Shown piece after piece: positions 1 through 8,529 of a stretch of 20,788 bases of DNA. The notes under the pieces were generated by a model that was not told the origin of the DNA, ran no database searches, and saw nothing but the letters and a program-made list of their open reading frames with translations. A program made the position numbers and the translations under genes. Position 1 is the first letter of the stretch. The number at the start of each line of letters is the position of its first letter. This DNA is from Pseudobdellovibrionaceae bacterium (GTDB lineage: Bacteria > Bdellovibrionota > Bdellovibrionia > Bdellovibrionales > Bdellovibrionaceae): the NCBI GenBank assembly GCA_041288045.1, contig JBGGMM010000124.1, positions 1 to 20,788 on the forward strand. The letters are read 5' to 3'.

Positions 1-359
1 ACTACTCTTTAGAACGCGAACTCTTGCAAGAATGGTTTCATTCGCATTTAATTGAAAGATCCAAGCGTCACAAGAACAACGCGGATCTTTTAATAACCCT
101 TCTTAGTAATTCGAACTGCGTCGTCCGACGAAGGATTCAACCGCACAATCGCTTTGGATAGGATGGGAGTTCAGAGCTTTCTAATCAAAGGGTGTTGCTT
201 CAGAAAAATTGGCAAAATCGAATAAAATTGAGTATACGGAATACCGCGATTCTGCCATTTAGATTGGACTTTGTTCGCTAGTGTTCGTTAACTATTGCCA
301 GGTCGCAGCTTTGTCAGTAGCTTCTTGCAAAGCTGCCCATCTAATCGAAAGGATCTACA

Positions 360-836
360 ATGTTAAAGGCATTTCACTTTTTGGCAATTGCAATATTGGT
401 ATCAAGTTCTCTGGCTGCCCGTGCTTCAAGCGTTTGCAATACTCTTTCTGAATGTTTGCAACTTCGTGATCAAGTGAACGCAAGAATCGTCCAGCTTGAA
501 AATACAGCTTCGACCTGCCAATTTAGTTATTATGGCTACTATAGTGAAGAATATGAATTTACTTTAAATGCCAAGAATCCCGAGCTGAGTGTTCTTAATT
601 TTAAGCATACATCTCCCGGATATCCAGAGGGCAAAGCCCAAAATTTTGGAATGTACACTTATAAAGGTAAAAGATATTTAAACTTTAATGCAGCTTCAAT
701 CGATTTGTTAGTCCCTTACCCCGTCGTTATTGGAGCGATTGTAGTTCCCCAGTGTACTTATGATTCTCTACGAGGAGCATGTGGGAGTTATGGCAATCCG
801 TACCTAGATTATTTAACTAAGGGAACCTGTAAATAA
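360..836 (+). CDS. Secreted Cys-containing hypothetical protein
   Basis: 158-aa ORF. AAGGA RBS-like sequence upstream. Signal peptide (MLKAFHFLAIAILVSSSLAARA). Six Cys, including an N-terminal CNTLSECLQLRDQVNARIVQLE helix. Followed by a terminator-like hairpin. Confidence 0.75.
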   Translation: MLKAFHFLAIAILVSSSLAARASSVCNTLSECLQLRDQVNARIVQLENTASTCQFSYYGYYSEEYEFTLNAKNPELSVLNFKHTSPGYPEGKAQNFGMYTYKGKRYLNFNAASIDLLVPYPVVIGAIVVPQCTYDSLRGACGSYGNPYLDYLTKGTCK

Positions 837-868
837 ACCCCTCGTTTTTTGATTAAGTCTGGATTCCG

Positions 869-896
869 AAAGGCTGCCTTAAAAGGCGTCCTTTTT
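869..896 (+). terminator. Probable intrinsic terminator after 360..836
   Basis: Imperfect hairpin AAAGGCTGCCTT-AA-AAGGCGTCCTTT running into a T tract. Confidence 0.5.
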
Positions 897-1151
897 GATT
901 TTGTGTGTGATTATAAAACATTCCCTTGCCAACCGGTACGTTCGCTTGGTGTCAAAAAGTTCAACAAAAGTGACGTTCAGCGACTCGATGTCCAGATCGT
1001 TTGCAGAACTTCATCTTCAAATCCAATTTATTTCAATTTAAAACTGGCTCGATTCAAGCTTACAAATCTTATCGAAAAATTGTTCTCGTTGAATAATGGG
1101 AAATTAATCCCAACAAATTGGAACGATATCTAACTTTTAGGAGAATGACTT

Positions 1152-1559
1152 ATGAAAAAATTAATTCTGATAAGCTTTCTATTAATTACAGCAGGTGCTG
1201 GTGCTCAAACTGCTCTAGTTCAGGATCACGATATCCCAGGTCGACTAGCAGCCTCCTATAATAAAGAAACTGAAGCTTCACAACAGGCTAAATATAAGGA
1301 GAACGAAGAGAGAATAAAACGCGATGAGCAATCCTCATTACAAAAAGCTTACGCCATGGGAACGGCTGAAATTCTAAAAGAATTCGGTGTAAAAGCAAAT
1401 GGACATTATGAATACTATTTTAAGTACCCTCAATATTCTAATGGCACCAACTCTATTTATCTAAGTGGTTTTTCCGGAGATAAATTTTTTAACTGTAGAG
1501 TCATTTTTGGAGTTCGCGATTACAAAGCCATAATCACTGATTGCAAATCAGAAAACTAG
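1152..1559 (+). CDS. Secreted hypothetical protein
   Basis: 135-aa ORF. AGGAG RBS upstream. Signal peptide MKKLILISFLLITAGAGA. Two C-terminal Cys could form a disulfide. Confidence 0.8.
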   Translation: MKKLILISFLLITAGAGAQTALVQDHDIPGRLAASYNKETEASQQAKYKENEERIKRDEQSSLQKAYAMGTAEILKEFGVKANGHYEYYFKYPQYSNGTNSIYLSGFSGDKFFNCRVIFGVRDYKAIITDCKSEN

Positions 1560-1622
1560 TTTTGCCGATTGAATTCGTTAGTCGCAAATCACTGGTTTAA
1601 AAGTCAGCTCGCGATCAGGTCA

Positions 1623-1649
1623 GTTGGGCTTTATGAAGCAAAGCCCAAC
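1623..1649. terminator. Hairpin between convergent genes, probable terminator of the helicase gene
   Basis: Perfect 10-bp inverted repeat GTTGGGCTTT(1623-1632)...AAAGCCCAAC(1640-1649) directly after the helicase stop codon. Confidence 0.6.
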
Positions 1650-1650
1650 C

Positions 1651-2871
1651 TTATTTCGAAGCACGCACTGAGGCCTTCAATTTCTGACGGCGGCGCTCGC
1701 GTGGGTCGAATTTAGGGGCGCTTTTCTGTTTGGGTTTGTGGGCGAGCGATTGATCCAGCGACACTTTGCCCTTCGTTTGTAGGCGAGAGATCAGGCTGTG
1801 ATCGCGTTCTGTGACCAGGTTGATCACGAGGCCTTTGCGGCCGGCGCGGGCGGTTCTTCCGACTCGGTGGAGGTAGTTTTCCATTTCTTTGGGCAGGTGG
1901 TAATTGATCACTCGGCCGACACTTGGAATATCAAGGCCTCGTCCGGCGAGATCTGTTGCGACCAAGAATTCAACTTGGCCTTCGCGGAATTTTTTGAGGT
2001 TTGTGCGACGATCCGAGTGATCCATGTCGCCCCGGTAAATCACGCAGGGATAATTTTTTTCGTTTAATTCTTTTGCCAATTTGTCGCACTGTTCACGAGT
2101 GTTGGTAAAGATGATCGTGCCGCCCTCGTTTTTTTGTTGAAGGACTTTTTCAAACAGAGGCCATCTTTTTCCGTCTTTGATGATCAGATTTTGGGTGACC
2201 AGGCTCTCGACGATTTTTCCGCTTTTTGAGCTGCGAATGATTTCTGCGTTCATGAACAGTTCAGTCATCAGTTTTTGCACTGAATTTGAGACCGTCGCTG
2301 AAAAGAGAGACAGATGCGTCTCCTTGGGACATTGGCTGACAACGAAATTGGTGTCTTGTAAAAAGCCTTGATCCATCATTTGATCAGCTTCATCAAAAAT
2401 CAGCATGCGCAGGTCAGAGAGATCCAGTAAGCCCCTCTCAATCAACTGCACAATTCGACCCGGAGTCGCGAGTAAAACCTCAAAGGGACCCGAAATATTG
2501 CGCCGAGCTTGCTCGAAAGTCATGCCTCCGAGGGCAGGCCTGACGCGAAGGCGAGTGTCATGGGTGAACTTTTTAAAGACCTTCGCAACCTGTTCACCCA
2601 GCTCCCGAGTCGGCACCATCACCAGGGCTCGAGGCGCGGATTCTTTTTCAACCTGAGAGCCCTCACTTTCAAGGTTTTTCAGAATTTGCAAAACTGGCAG
2701 AACGTAGGCCAAGGTCTTGCCGCTGCCAGTTTCAGACACTCCCACCACCGATTGGCCGCTCATCATCAAGGGGATGACCTGAGATTGAATTTCCGTGGTT
2801 TTGGAAAGTTTGATCTCTTTGAGAGTTTTTTGAATCGAGGGAAGAAATCCGAAATCAGCAAAAGTATTCAT
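1651..2871 (-). CDS. DEAD-box ATP-dependent RNA helicase
   Basis: Q motif (TEIQ), Walker A SETGSGKT, PTRELG, TPGR, DEAD, SAT, motif V ATDLAGRGLD, motif VI HRVGRTARAG, basic C-terminal tail. Confidence 0.97.
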   Translation of the reverse strand: MNTFADFGFLPSIQKTLKEIKLSKTTEIQSQVIPLMMSGQSVVGVSETGSGKTLAYVLPVLQILKNLESEGSQVEKESAPRALVMVPTRELGEQVAKVFKKFTHDTRLRVRPALGGMTFEQARRNISGPFEVLLATPGRIVQLIERGLLDLSDLRMLIFDEADQMMDQGFLQDTNFVVSQCPKETHLSLFSATVSNSVQKLMTELFMNAEIIRSSKSGKIVESLVTQNLIIKDGKRWPLFEKVLQQKNEGGTIIFTNTREQCDKLAKELNEKNYPCVIYRGDMDHSDRRTNLKKFREGQVEFLVATDLAGRGLDIPSVGRVINYHLPKEMENYLHRVGRTARAGRKGLVINLVTERDHSLISRLQTKGKVSLDQSLAHKPKQKSAPKFDPRERRRQKLKASVRASK

Positions 2872-2877
2872 CGCCGC

Positions 2878-2906
2878 AGCTTACCCTGTCTCTCAATCTA
2901 GGTCAT
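2878..2906 (-). promoter_or_regulatory. Putative sigma70 promoter of the helicase gene, probably leaderless
   Basis: Minus strand ATGACC-17 nt-TAAGCT, then 6 nt to the ATG. No Shine-Dalgarno sequence. Confidence 0.45.
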
Positions 2907-3107
2907 CGCATTCATTCTTCAGATCCTCAACTGGGGTCGGAGCCGCAGTTTTAATGGAAATTATACAGGCGCCAGACTCCAGGTCTTATGCTTGGCGCTG
3001 AAAAGTTCTCAACTCATCCCATTTGCCGCGCCATTTTCTGAATGAGTAATTCCCAACAGTTCAGTAGTATTTTTTTTTTGATTTCCACCCCAATCAAAGG
3101 CGATCAA

Positions 3108-3668
3108 ATGAGAAATTTAATCTTCGGAATCAATCTCACCCTCGATGGTTGCTGCGACCACACCAAATGCAATCCTGACGAGGAAGTCCATGATTATTTT
3201 ACAGGCCTCACTCGAGATGCGGGCGTTCTGGTTTATGGGCGCAAAACCTATCAATTGATGGTTCCCTTTTGGCCAGATGTCGCGAAAAACCCCTCAGGAC
3301 AGACAAAAGCAATGAACGAATTTGCTCAAGCGTTTGACTCTGTCCCTCAAATGATCGTTTTCTCTCGATCCTTAGACAGAGCCGAGGGAAAAAATACGAC
3401 AATTGTTCGCAGCAATCCCCAAGAAGAAATATTGAAATTGAAACAGCAACAGGGGAAAAATATTTTAACCGGCGGAGTCGCCCTTCCTACGCAGCTGATG
3501 AAACTGGGTTTGGTTGATGAAATCCGTCTCGTTGTTCATCCAACTGTTGCAGGGAAGGGGAGGCGGCTATTTGACGATATGGACCTACAAAAGAATTTAG
3601 ACTTTAAGCTTGTTGAATCGAAGATTTTTAAATCGGGAAGCGTTGCTCTTCGTTACTTGAAACAGTGA
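3108..3668 (+). CDS. Dihydrofolate reductase / RibD C-terminal family protein
   Basis: Starts MRNLIFGINLTLDG. Contains GRKTY, GG and VDEIRLVVHPTVAGKG motifs typical of the RibD_C family. Start moved from 3042 to ATG 3108, which has an AAAGG RBS. Confidence 0.92.
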   Translation: MRNLIFGINLTLDGCCDHTKCNPDEEVHDYFTGLTRDAGVLVYGRKTYQLMVPFWPDVAKNPSGQTKAMNEFAQAFDSVPQMIVFSRSLDRAEGKNTTIVRSNPQEEILKLKQQQGKNILTGGVALPTQLMKLGLVDEIRLVVHPTVAGKGRRLFDDMDLQKNLDFKLVESKIFKSGSVALRYLKQ

Positions 3669-3727
3669 TATTCCCAAAGTCTACATAAGTCTGATCATCC
3701 ACCTAACTTTTAAAACGAGCAGATTCT

Positions 3728-4492
3728 CTAAAGAAATCGGCGAAGAAGAAAATAGTAATGATGTGGGTGAGGGGAGCCAGTCCAAGCCGTGCACATCAGC
3801 GAAGGCCTATAGCAGTCGATCGTTCCTGATAGGGTTTGGTATTCGTCTCCGAGGCCCATCATATGTCCCACTTCATGGGCGATGACCCTGCCAGTCCAAT
3901 TGCGTCCCCAAAAGAGATCGTAAGGGCCACGAGTCTCATCCAGCACTTGGACTGAGAAGTGAGCTTTTTTTGGATCCTTCACAAGCTCAAATGAAAACCC
4001 ATAGGCAAAATCCACTGGGATCTGATCGCGGTTCCAAATTTCTTGAGCTTCTTTTATTTTCTCAGAGAATTGAGCCCAGTCATTTTCAGTGGCGTTTTTC
4101 AAGTGCACTCTCACATTGAAAATGATTTCACCCTGTGGGCCTTGTAAAACATCGTAGACATATTTCTTTTTCACAATACTTGCATAAGTCATTGTGCCTT
4201 GAATTCGATCCACAAGCTTGAGGTTTTTCTTTTCAATCAAAACCGGATCTGGAAACTTTTTGTAGGAATCTCTTAAATGAACCCGAAAAGATTTAAAAGC
4301 TTCATTTGGGTATTGATTCCGGATCTCAGCGGGAAACAAGAGCACATAGAGCCAATTGTACTGAAGATCATTCAGGGGCTCAATTTCTTGGATATTTTTC
4401 GGAGCTCCGTAATCTTCAGTCCAAGGGAGTGATTGGGCGGCGGCGTGAACAGCGAACAAACTAAGTGCGATGACTCCCAAAAGACATTTCAT
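3728..4492 (-). CDS. Secreted zinc metalloprotease (metzincin-like)
   Basis: Signal peptide. HEVGHMMGLGDEY matches HExxHxxGxx(H/D), followed by a candidate Met-turn (SLM). Confidence 0.8.
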   Translation of the reverse strand: MKCLLGVIALSLFAVHAAAQSLPWTEDYGAPKNIQEIEPLNDLQYNWLYVLLFPAEIRNQYPNEAFKSFRVHLRDSYKKFPDPVLIEKKNLKLVDRIQGTMTYASIVKKKYVYDVLQGPQGEIIFNVRVHLKNATENDWAQFSEKIKEAQEIWNRDQIPVDFAYGFSFELVKDPKKAHFSVQVLDETRGPYDLFWGRNWTGRVIAHEVGHMMGLGDEYQTLSGTIDCYRPSLMCTAWTGSPHPHHYYFLLRRFL

Positions 4493-4806
4493 GACAAAAG
4501 CATTTCATAAACTTTTGCAAATCACAAAGTAATTTCAGGGCTGGTCATCCTGCCCCTAACCCGTTTTTTTCCCATGAATAATTCCAGATAGTTAGCTTTG
4601 GAATTTCGCCAGCTGGCATAACCAAAAAGCGAATGAATTCTAAAGAAATCCACTATTTTTTCCTAAATACACCCAGTTTCCTATTTGAAGCGAAGTAAGA
4701 CCACTATTTTTGAGATGTTTCCCTGTGCTATCTCTAAGGCCATATTTTCCTTATAAGAGCGTACTATTTAGTAGCCCAATCGTTCTACATTTGATACCAT
4801 GGACTC

Positions 4807-5136
4807 ATGTTAGAAGGTCTGGTTGGCAACCAAACAGCTGAAAAAGTTCTTCTTTATATCGTTAATTACGGTGAAGGCCACACCTCTGGCATTGCCCAGA
4901 CATTTGATATTCCCAAATCTCAGGTCCGAAAGCAGCTCATTCGTCTTGAAAATGGTGGAATACTGATCGGCAGAAATGTCGGTAATCTCAGGATGTTCCA
5001 AATCAATCCCAGATGTTCCTATAAAAAGGAACTTGAAAGCCTTTTTGAAAAAGTTCTTTCGTTAGTCTCTGACGCAGAAAAAGAAAAGTTCTATCGACAA
5101 AGACGAAGACCGCGTCGAACAGGGAAAGATTTGTGA
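4807..5136 (+). CDS. Winged helix-turn-helix protein, putative antitoxin or regulator
   Basis: HTH (TSGIAQTFDIPKSQVRKQLIRLENGG) followed by a wing (GRNVGNLRMFQIN). Basic tail RQRRRPRRTGK. GTGA overlap with the next gene. Confidence 0.8.
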   Translation: MLEGLVGNQTAEKVLLYIVNYGEGHTSGIAQTFDIPKSQVRKQLIRLENGGILIGRNVGNLRMFQINPRCSYKKELESLFEKVLSLVSDAEKEKFYRQRRRPRRTGKDL

Positions 5137-5666
5137 AAAAAATAAATCGTAAAATGTCCATTCGGGATTTCGCAGTGGCAGTGGCAGCGATTCTTAACGA
5201 AGAAAACATTGATGTGATTTTGACAGGCGGAGCCGTCGTTTCCATTTATACTGAAGGCAAATACGTTTCTAAAGATGCTGATTTTCTAAGTGCAACTGAC
5301 CAACAATCTATAAAACAAGCTATGTTGAAAGCGGGTTTCAAAAATTTAGGCAAAGATTTTTATCACGACAGCATTGATTTCACAGTTGAATTCCCAGGCT
5401 CAGAGCTAGTCATTGGCGATGAACCCATGAAGCCAGAGGGTGAAATCAAAGAAGGCCAGTTTACACTTAAGCTTCTGTCTCCGACTCAATGTGTGATGGA
5501 TCGATTGGCCGCTTTTTATCATTGGAAGGATCGACAAAGTCTTGAGCAGGCCGTTATGGTTGCGCAAAAGCATCCAGTCAAGTTACTGAGGATTAAAAAA
5601 TGGTCTGAAAGAGAAGGCATGAAAGACCGTTATGAAATCTTTCTCCAGCAGGTAAAAAAGGACTAA
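5133..5666 (+). CDS. Predicted nucleotidyltransferase-fold protein (type IV TA / AbiEii-like toxin candidate)
   Basis: LTGGAVVSIY...SKDADF matches the GG...S-x-D-x-D signature of Pol-beta-like NTase toxins. Translationally coupled to the wHTH gene. Confidence 0.7.
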   Translation: MKKINRKMSIRDFAVAVAAILNEENIDVILTGGAVVSIYTEGKYVSKDADFLSATDQQSIKQAMLKAGFKNLGKDFYHDSIDFTVEFPGSELVIGDEPMKPEGEIKEGQFTLKLLSPTQCVMDRLAAFYHWKDRQSLEQAVMVAQKHPVKLLRIKKWSEREGMKDRYEIFLQQVKKD

Positions 5667-6247
5667 TGCAACAAATGGAAACTTCAGAAATCATCATCGC
5701 GAAAACTCAAGAATGGCTCGAAAAAGCAGTCATCGGTCTCAATCTGTGTCCTTTTGCGAAAGCCGTCCATATCAAAAACCAAATTCGCTACGTGGTGACT
5801 CCGGCCACGAGCGAAGAAGAAGTTCTGCAAACCCTGATCAGGGAATTGCAGTATCTCGCTCAAACTTCGCCAAGCCTTGTGGATACTACGCTGATTATTC
5901 ATCCTGAAGTCTTTCCTGATTTTTTGGATTACAATGAATTTTTAGCTGTGGCCGAAGGCGCGGTTCAAGCTGAGAATCTGGAAGGTGTCATCCAGATTGC
6001 GAGCTTTCACCCCCAGTATCAATTTGCCGGAACTGAGCCTCAGGATAACACCAACTACACCAATCGCTCTCCCTATCCGATGTTGCACCTTTTGCGCGAA
6101 AGCAGTCTGACCAAAGTGCTGGAAACTTTTCCCAATCCAGAGCTGATTCCAGAAAAAAATATGGAGACCCTCAATCATTTGGGCATCGAAGGATGGAAGA
6201 AATTAAATATTCCTGAAGCGGGCAAAAATAGCATTCGACCTAAATAA
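5666..6247 (+). CDS. DUF1415 family protein
   Basis: Characteristic VIGLNLCPFA, QIASFHPQYQFAG and NYTNRSPYPMLHLLRE motifs. Confidence 0.92.
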   Translation: MQQMETSEIIIAKTQEWLEKAVIGLNLCPFAKAVHIKNQIRYVVTPATSEEEVLQTLIRELQYLAQTSPSLVDTTLIIHPEVFPDFLDYNEFLAVAEGAVQAENLEGVIQIASFHPQYQFAGTEPQDNTNYTNRSPYPMLHLLRESSLTKVLETFPNPELIPEKNMETLNHLGIEGWKKLNIPEAGKNSIRPK

Positions 6248-6994
6248 CTACTTCAACTCTTTGAGGAGATTCTCGTACAAGGATTCACTCGAATAGACGG
6301 ACTTCCAAGCGCGAACATAGTCAGCTCCATGGGTCGCTTCCAGTTGCTGAATTGACGGCAGAAGGTGCCCTAATTTGAGCAGCTCAAAACTCTTGCGTTG
6401 GAGTGCGAACAAATGGAGATGAGCTTTGTAGAGCTCTGTTTCGTGGGGAATTTTACTCAGAATCTTCGATGGCTTCTTCGCAAGAATGGCGTTGATATGC
6501 TTATGAAGAATTTCATGAAACGTCGTTGAGACGAAAAGGAAAACCGGCAGGGGTTGGCCCGATAAAGGGGGCATCTGTTTCGCCGATGATTCTAGATAAG
6601 AGATGATATTCAACGCTAAAGGAGTCCCCATAAAAGGATACCGAGGACATAGGAAAACAGCGGCCTGAAGGTCACCCATTTGAAATGATTTTCCAGTTAC
6701 CTCAGTGGCTGCCGTCATCAATGGGTTTCCCTGGAGGTCCCACTGAGATTGAAACCAGCCCAATTTGCTCAGAAGCTCTTCACGAAATTTCGGCAATTGA
6801 GGAATCAGATTTTTCTGCCATGCCGTGAGAACCTCGGGCTCGACATTCTCTGGGCAAAACAGATCGAGGGCATACGAGTACTCGAGGGTTACCTTTGGGA
6901 TTGTGAAAGCCGGTGCCACCTGAGCGGTTAGCAGAAAGCTAAGAGTCAGGCCGAAAGAACTCAATAAATGGGTCGGATGAAAAAACTTCTTCAT
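6248..6994 (-). CDS. Secreted hypothetical protein with HExxH motif
   Basis: Start moved to ATG 6994 (MKKFFHPTHLLSSFGLTLSFLLTAQVAPA, signal-like) because the longer ORF overlaps the upstream gene. Contains FHEILHKH. Lies 5 nt downstream of the serine hydrolase stop. Confidence 0.7.
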   Translation of the reverse strand: MKKFFHPTHLLSSFGLTLSFLLTAQVAPAFTIPKVTLEYSYALDLFCPENVEPEVLTAWQKNLIPQLPKFREELLSKLGWFQSQWDLQGNPLMTAATEVTGKSFQMGDLQAAVFLCPRYPFMGTPLALNIISYLESSAKQMPPLSGQPLPVFLFVSTTFHEILHKHINAILAKKPSKILSKIPHETELYKAHLHLFALQRKSFELLKLGHLLPSIQQLEATHGADYVRAWKSVYSSESLYENLLKELK

Positions 6995-6999
6995 ATATT

Positions 7000-8343
7000 T
7001 CACCTTTGAAAAGTTTTCTTCACGTAGATTGGTTTTCCTTCTGAGTCGAATCCCTGAAAACTTGCATAAACGATTTCCATTTTCTGGGTCACAGAATTCC
7101 AATTGAAAAAGACGGCATCCGAGATTGTCACACCGTTGTTGACGAGAAACACGCCAGTCGATTGCTGCATCAAACGCCATTTATAAAAGGATTCAGGTCC
7201 ATTTTTAGGAAATCCTTTTTTAAAATAGATGCCGAGATATTGAGAGCCGACTGAGAACACTTCAATTTCCAAAGATCCGCCGTCGCTAACATAGGACCCT
7301 AGGGCCATTGGCATTGTTTGGACTGGAACTGCAGTATCGACGTAGGAGTAAAGCGGTGGCTGAATATCAAGGGCCGCATCACTGATATGCATTGTGGCCT
7401 CTATGTTTAGATCATTGGCCATAACGATTAAGCCTTTTTTTGTTGTGCGATCAAACTTCAAAAAGCTTGAAAAACCGGCGGGCATAGCTCCGTTTTTCCA
7501 AATTATTGGTTGCGAGGGTTGACTGTCCCAACCAAGCCCCAGCTGATGACTCAAGTTGATGGCTAACTTCAATGACGAAGATTCAGGGTGCAAATTCGCA
7601 CGGAGATAGTTCGTCATATCGATCAAGTTTGAATAAATTCCGCCAGAGGCGAGTTGGAGATCTGAAGATGGCTCATAAGACAAAGGTTCCAGAACAACGC
7701 TATATCCTTGAAGAAGTCCTGTTGGGCGATTTATTGAATGAATGAAGCCTGTCTCCTTCATCTTGAGAACATTTAAAATTTTCTCTTGGACGACAGAAGC
7801 GAAAGACTTTTTTTCGATTCGACTAATCACAAGTCCAAGAGTAGCAAACCCTAAATTTGAATATTGCCTCTTTCCTTTTGGATAATGAGATAAATCAGGA
7901 TTATAGAATTTTAAAAAGGCGATTAGTTCAGCCTCAGAGAAATCCTTCGTGATTTTTCCATTCACATCAACCATGTTATTGGTCAGTTGGGCTGTGTGAG
8001 TTCCAAGTTGGTTGGCATTTACGGACCCGACAAAGGTTCCCTTCAATTCAGAGATATAGGTGGAAATTGGCGATTTCAGATCCAGTTTCTTTTCTAAGGA
8101 AAGTTGAGCTGTCACAATTCCGGTAAAGGATTTACTGATGGAGCCAATCTCAAAAAGGCTTTGATCTGAGGTGGCGTCCCCATAGACAGCCTTCCTTTCA
8201 TCACCATTGGCGATAAGAGTGACCGCTACGCCCCGAGTGAGGCCAGAATTGATTTGTTCTTGAATCAGGTTGCCCACAAGTGTCGAATCAGCAAGAGCAC
8301 GAACAGCAAACAACATGGAAAGAGCGTATAAGGCAGGCCGCAT
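7000..8343 (-). CDS. Serine hydrolase, beta-lactamase / AmpC-like family, secreted
   Basis: FEIGSISK (SxxK), YSN (YxN) and WKNG motifs. Signal peptide from ATG 8343 with an AAAGGGG RBS. Extra C-terminal beta-rich domain. Confidence 0.92.
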   Translation of the reverse strand: MRPALYALSMLFAVRALADSTLVGNLIQEQINSGLTRGVAVTLIANGDERKAVYGDATSDQSLFEIGSISKSFTGIVTAQLSLEKKLDLKSPISTYISELKGTFVGSVNANQLGTHTAQLTNNMVDVNGKITKDFSEAELIAFLKFYNPDLSHYPKGKRQYSNLGFATLGLVISRIEKKSFASVVQEKILNVLKMKETGFIHSINRPTGLLQGYSVVLEPLSYEPSSDLQLASGGIYSNLIDMTNYLRANLHPESSSLKLAINLSHQLGLGWDSQPSQPIIWKNGAMPAGFSSFLKFDRTTKKGLIVMANDLNIEATMHISDAALDIQPPLYSYVDTAVPVQTMPMALGSYVSDGGSLEIEVFSVGSQYLGIYFKKGFPKNGPESFYKWRLMQQSTGVFLVNNGVTISDAVFFNWNSVTQKMEIVYASFQGFDSEGKPIYVKKTFQR

Positions 8344-8529
8344 TTTAGCCCCTTTGATTAGTCCGCCTGTATTTATCAAATTTGTCGGTGCGCTGCAATT
8401 GAACCTAAAACTATGAGTTAGGTTCAGTCACCGGAAAGTAAATTCTTCATGAGGTAAAAAAACGAATTCTCTGCAGTTAAATAATCAAGTCATTTATCTA
8501 AAAGTATGGCCCCTCGCCACAGGTTCAGC

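Noticed and set aside
232..244. GTATAC-G-GAATAC, resembling two units of the right-end array
   Set aside because: A single pair about 20 kb away could arise by chance. Not enough to call an element boundary.
3..281. Possible 3' end of a gene (frame open 3..161, open again after TAG to 281)
   Set aside because: No recognizable motif and truncated by the window edge. Cannot tell a gene end, a pseudogene and noise apart.
849..1133. 94-aa ORF
   Set aside because: TTG start without RBS, runs through a terminator-like hairpin, and shows no protein-like features.
6995..7180. N-terminal extension of the 310-aa ORF
   Set aside because: Overlaps the serine hydrolase in another frame. The signal peptide begins at ATG 6994.
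7000..8343. Calling the serine hydrolase an antibiotic-resistance AmpC
   Set aside because: SxxK and YxN are shared by many esterases and peptidases of this family, so the substrate cannot be inferred.
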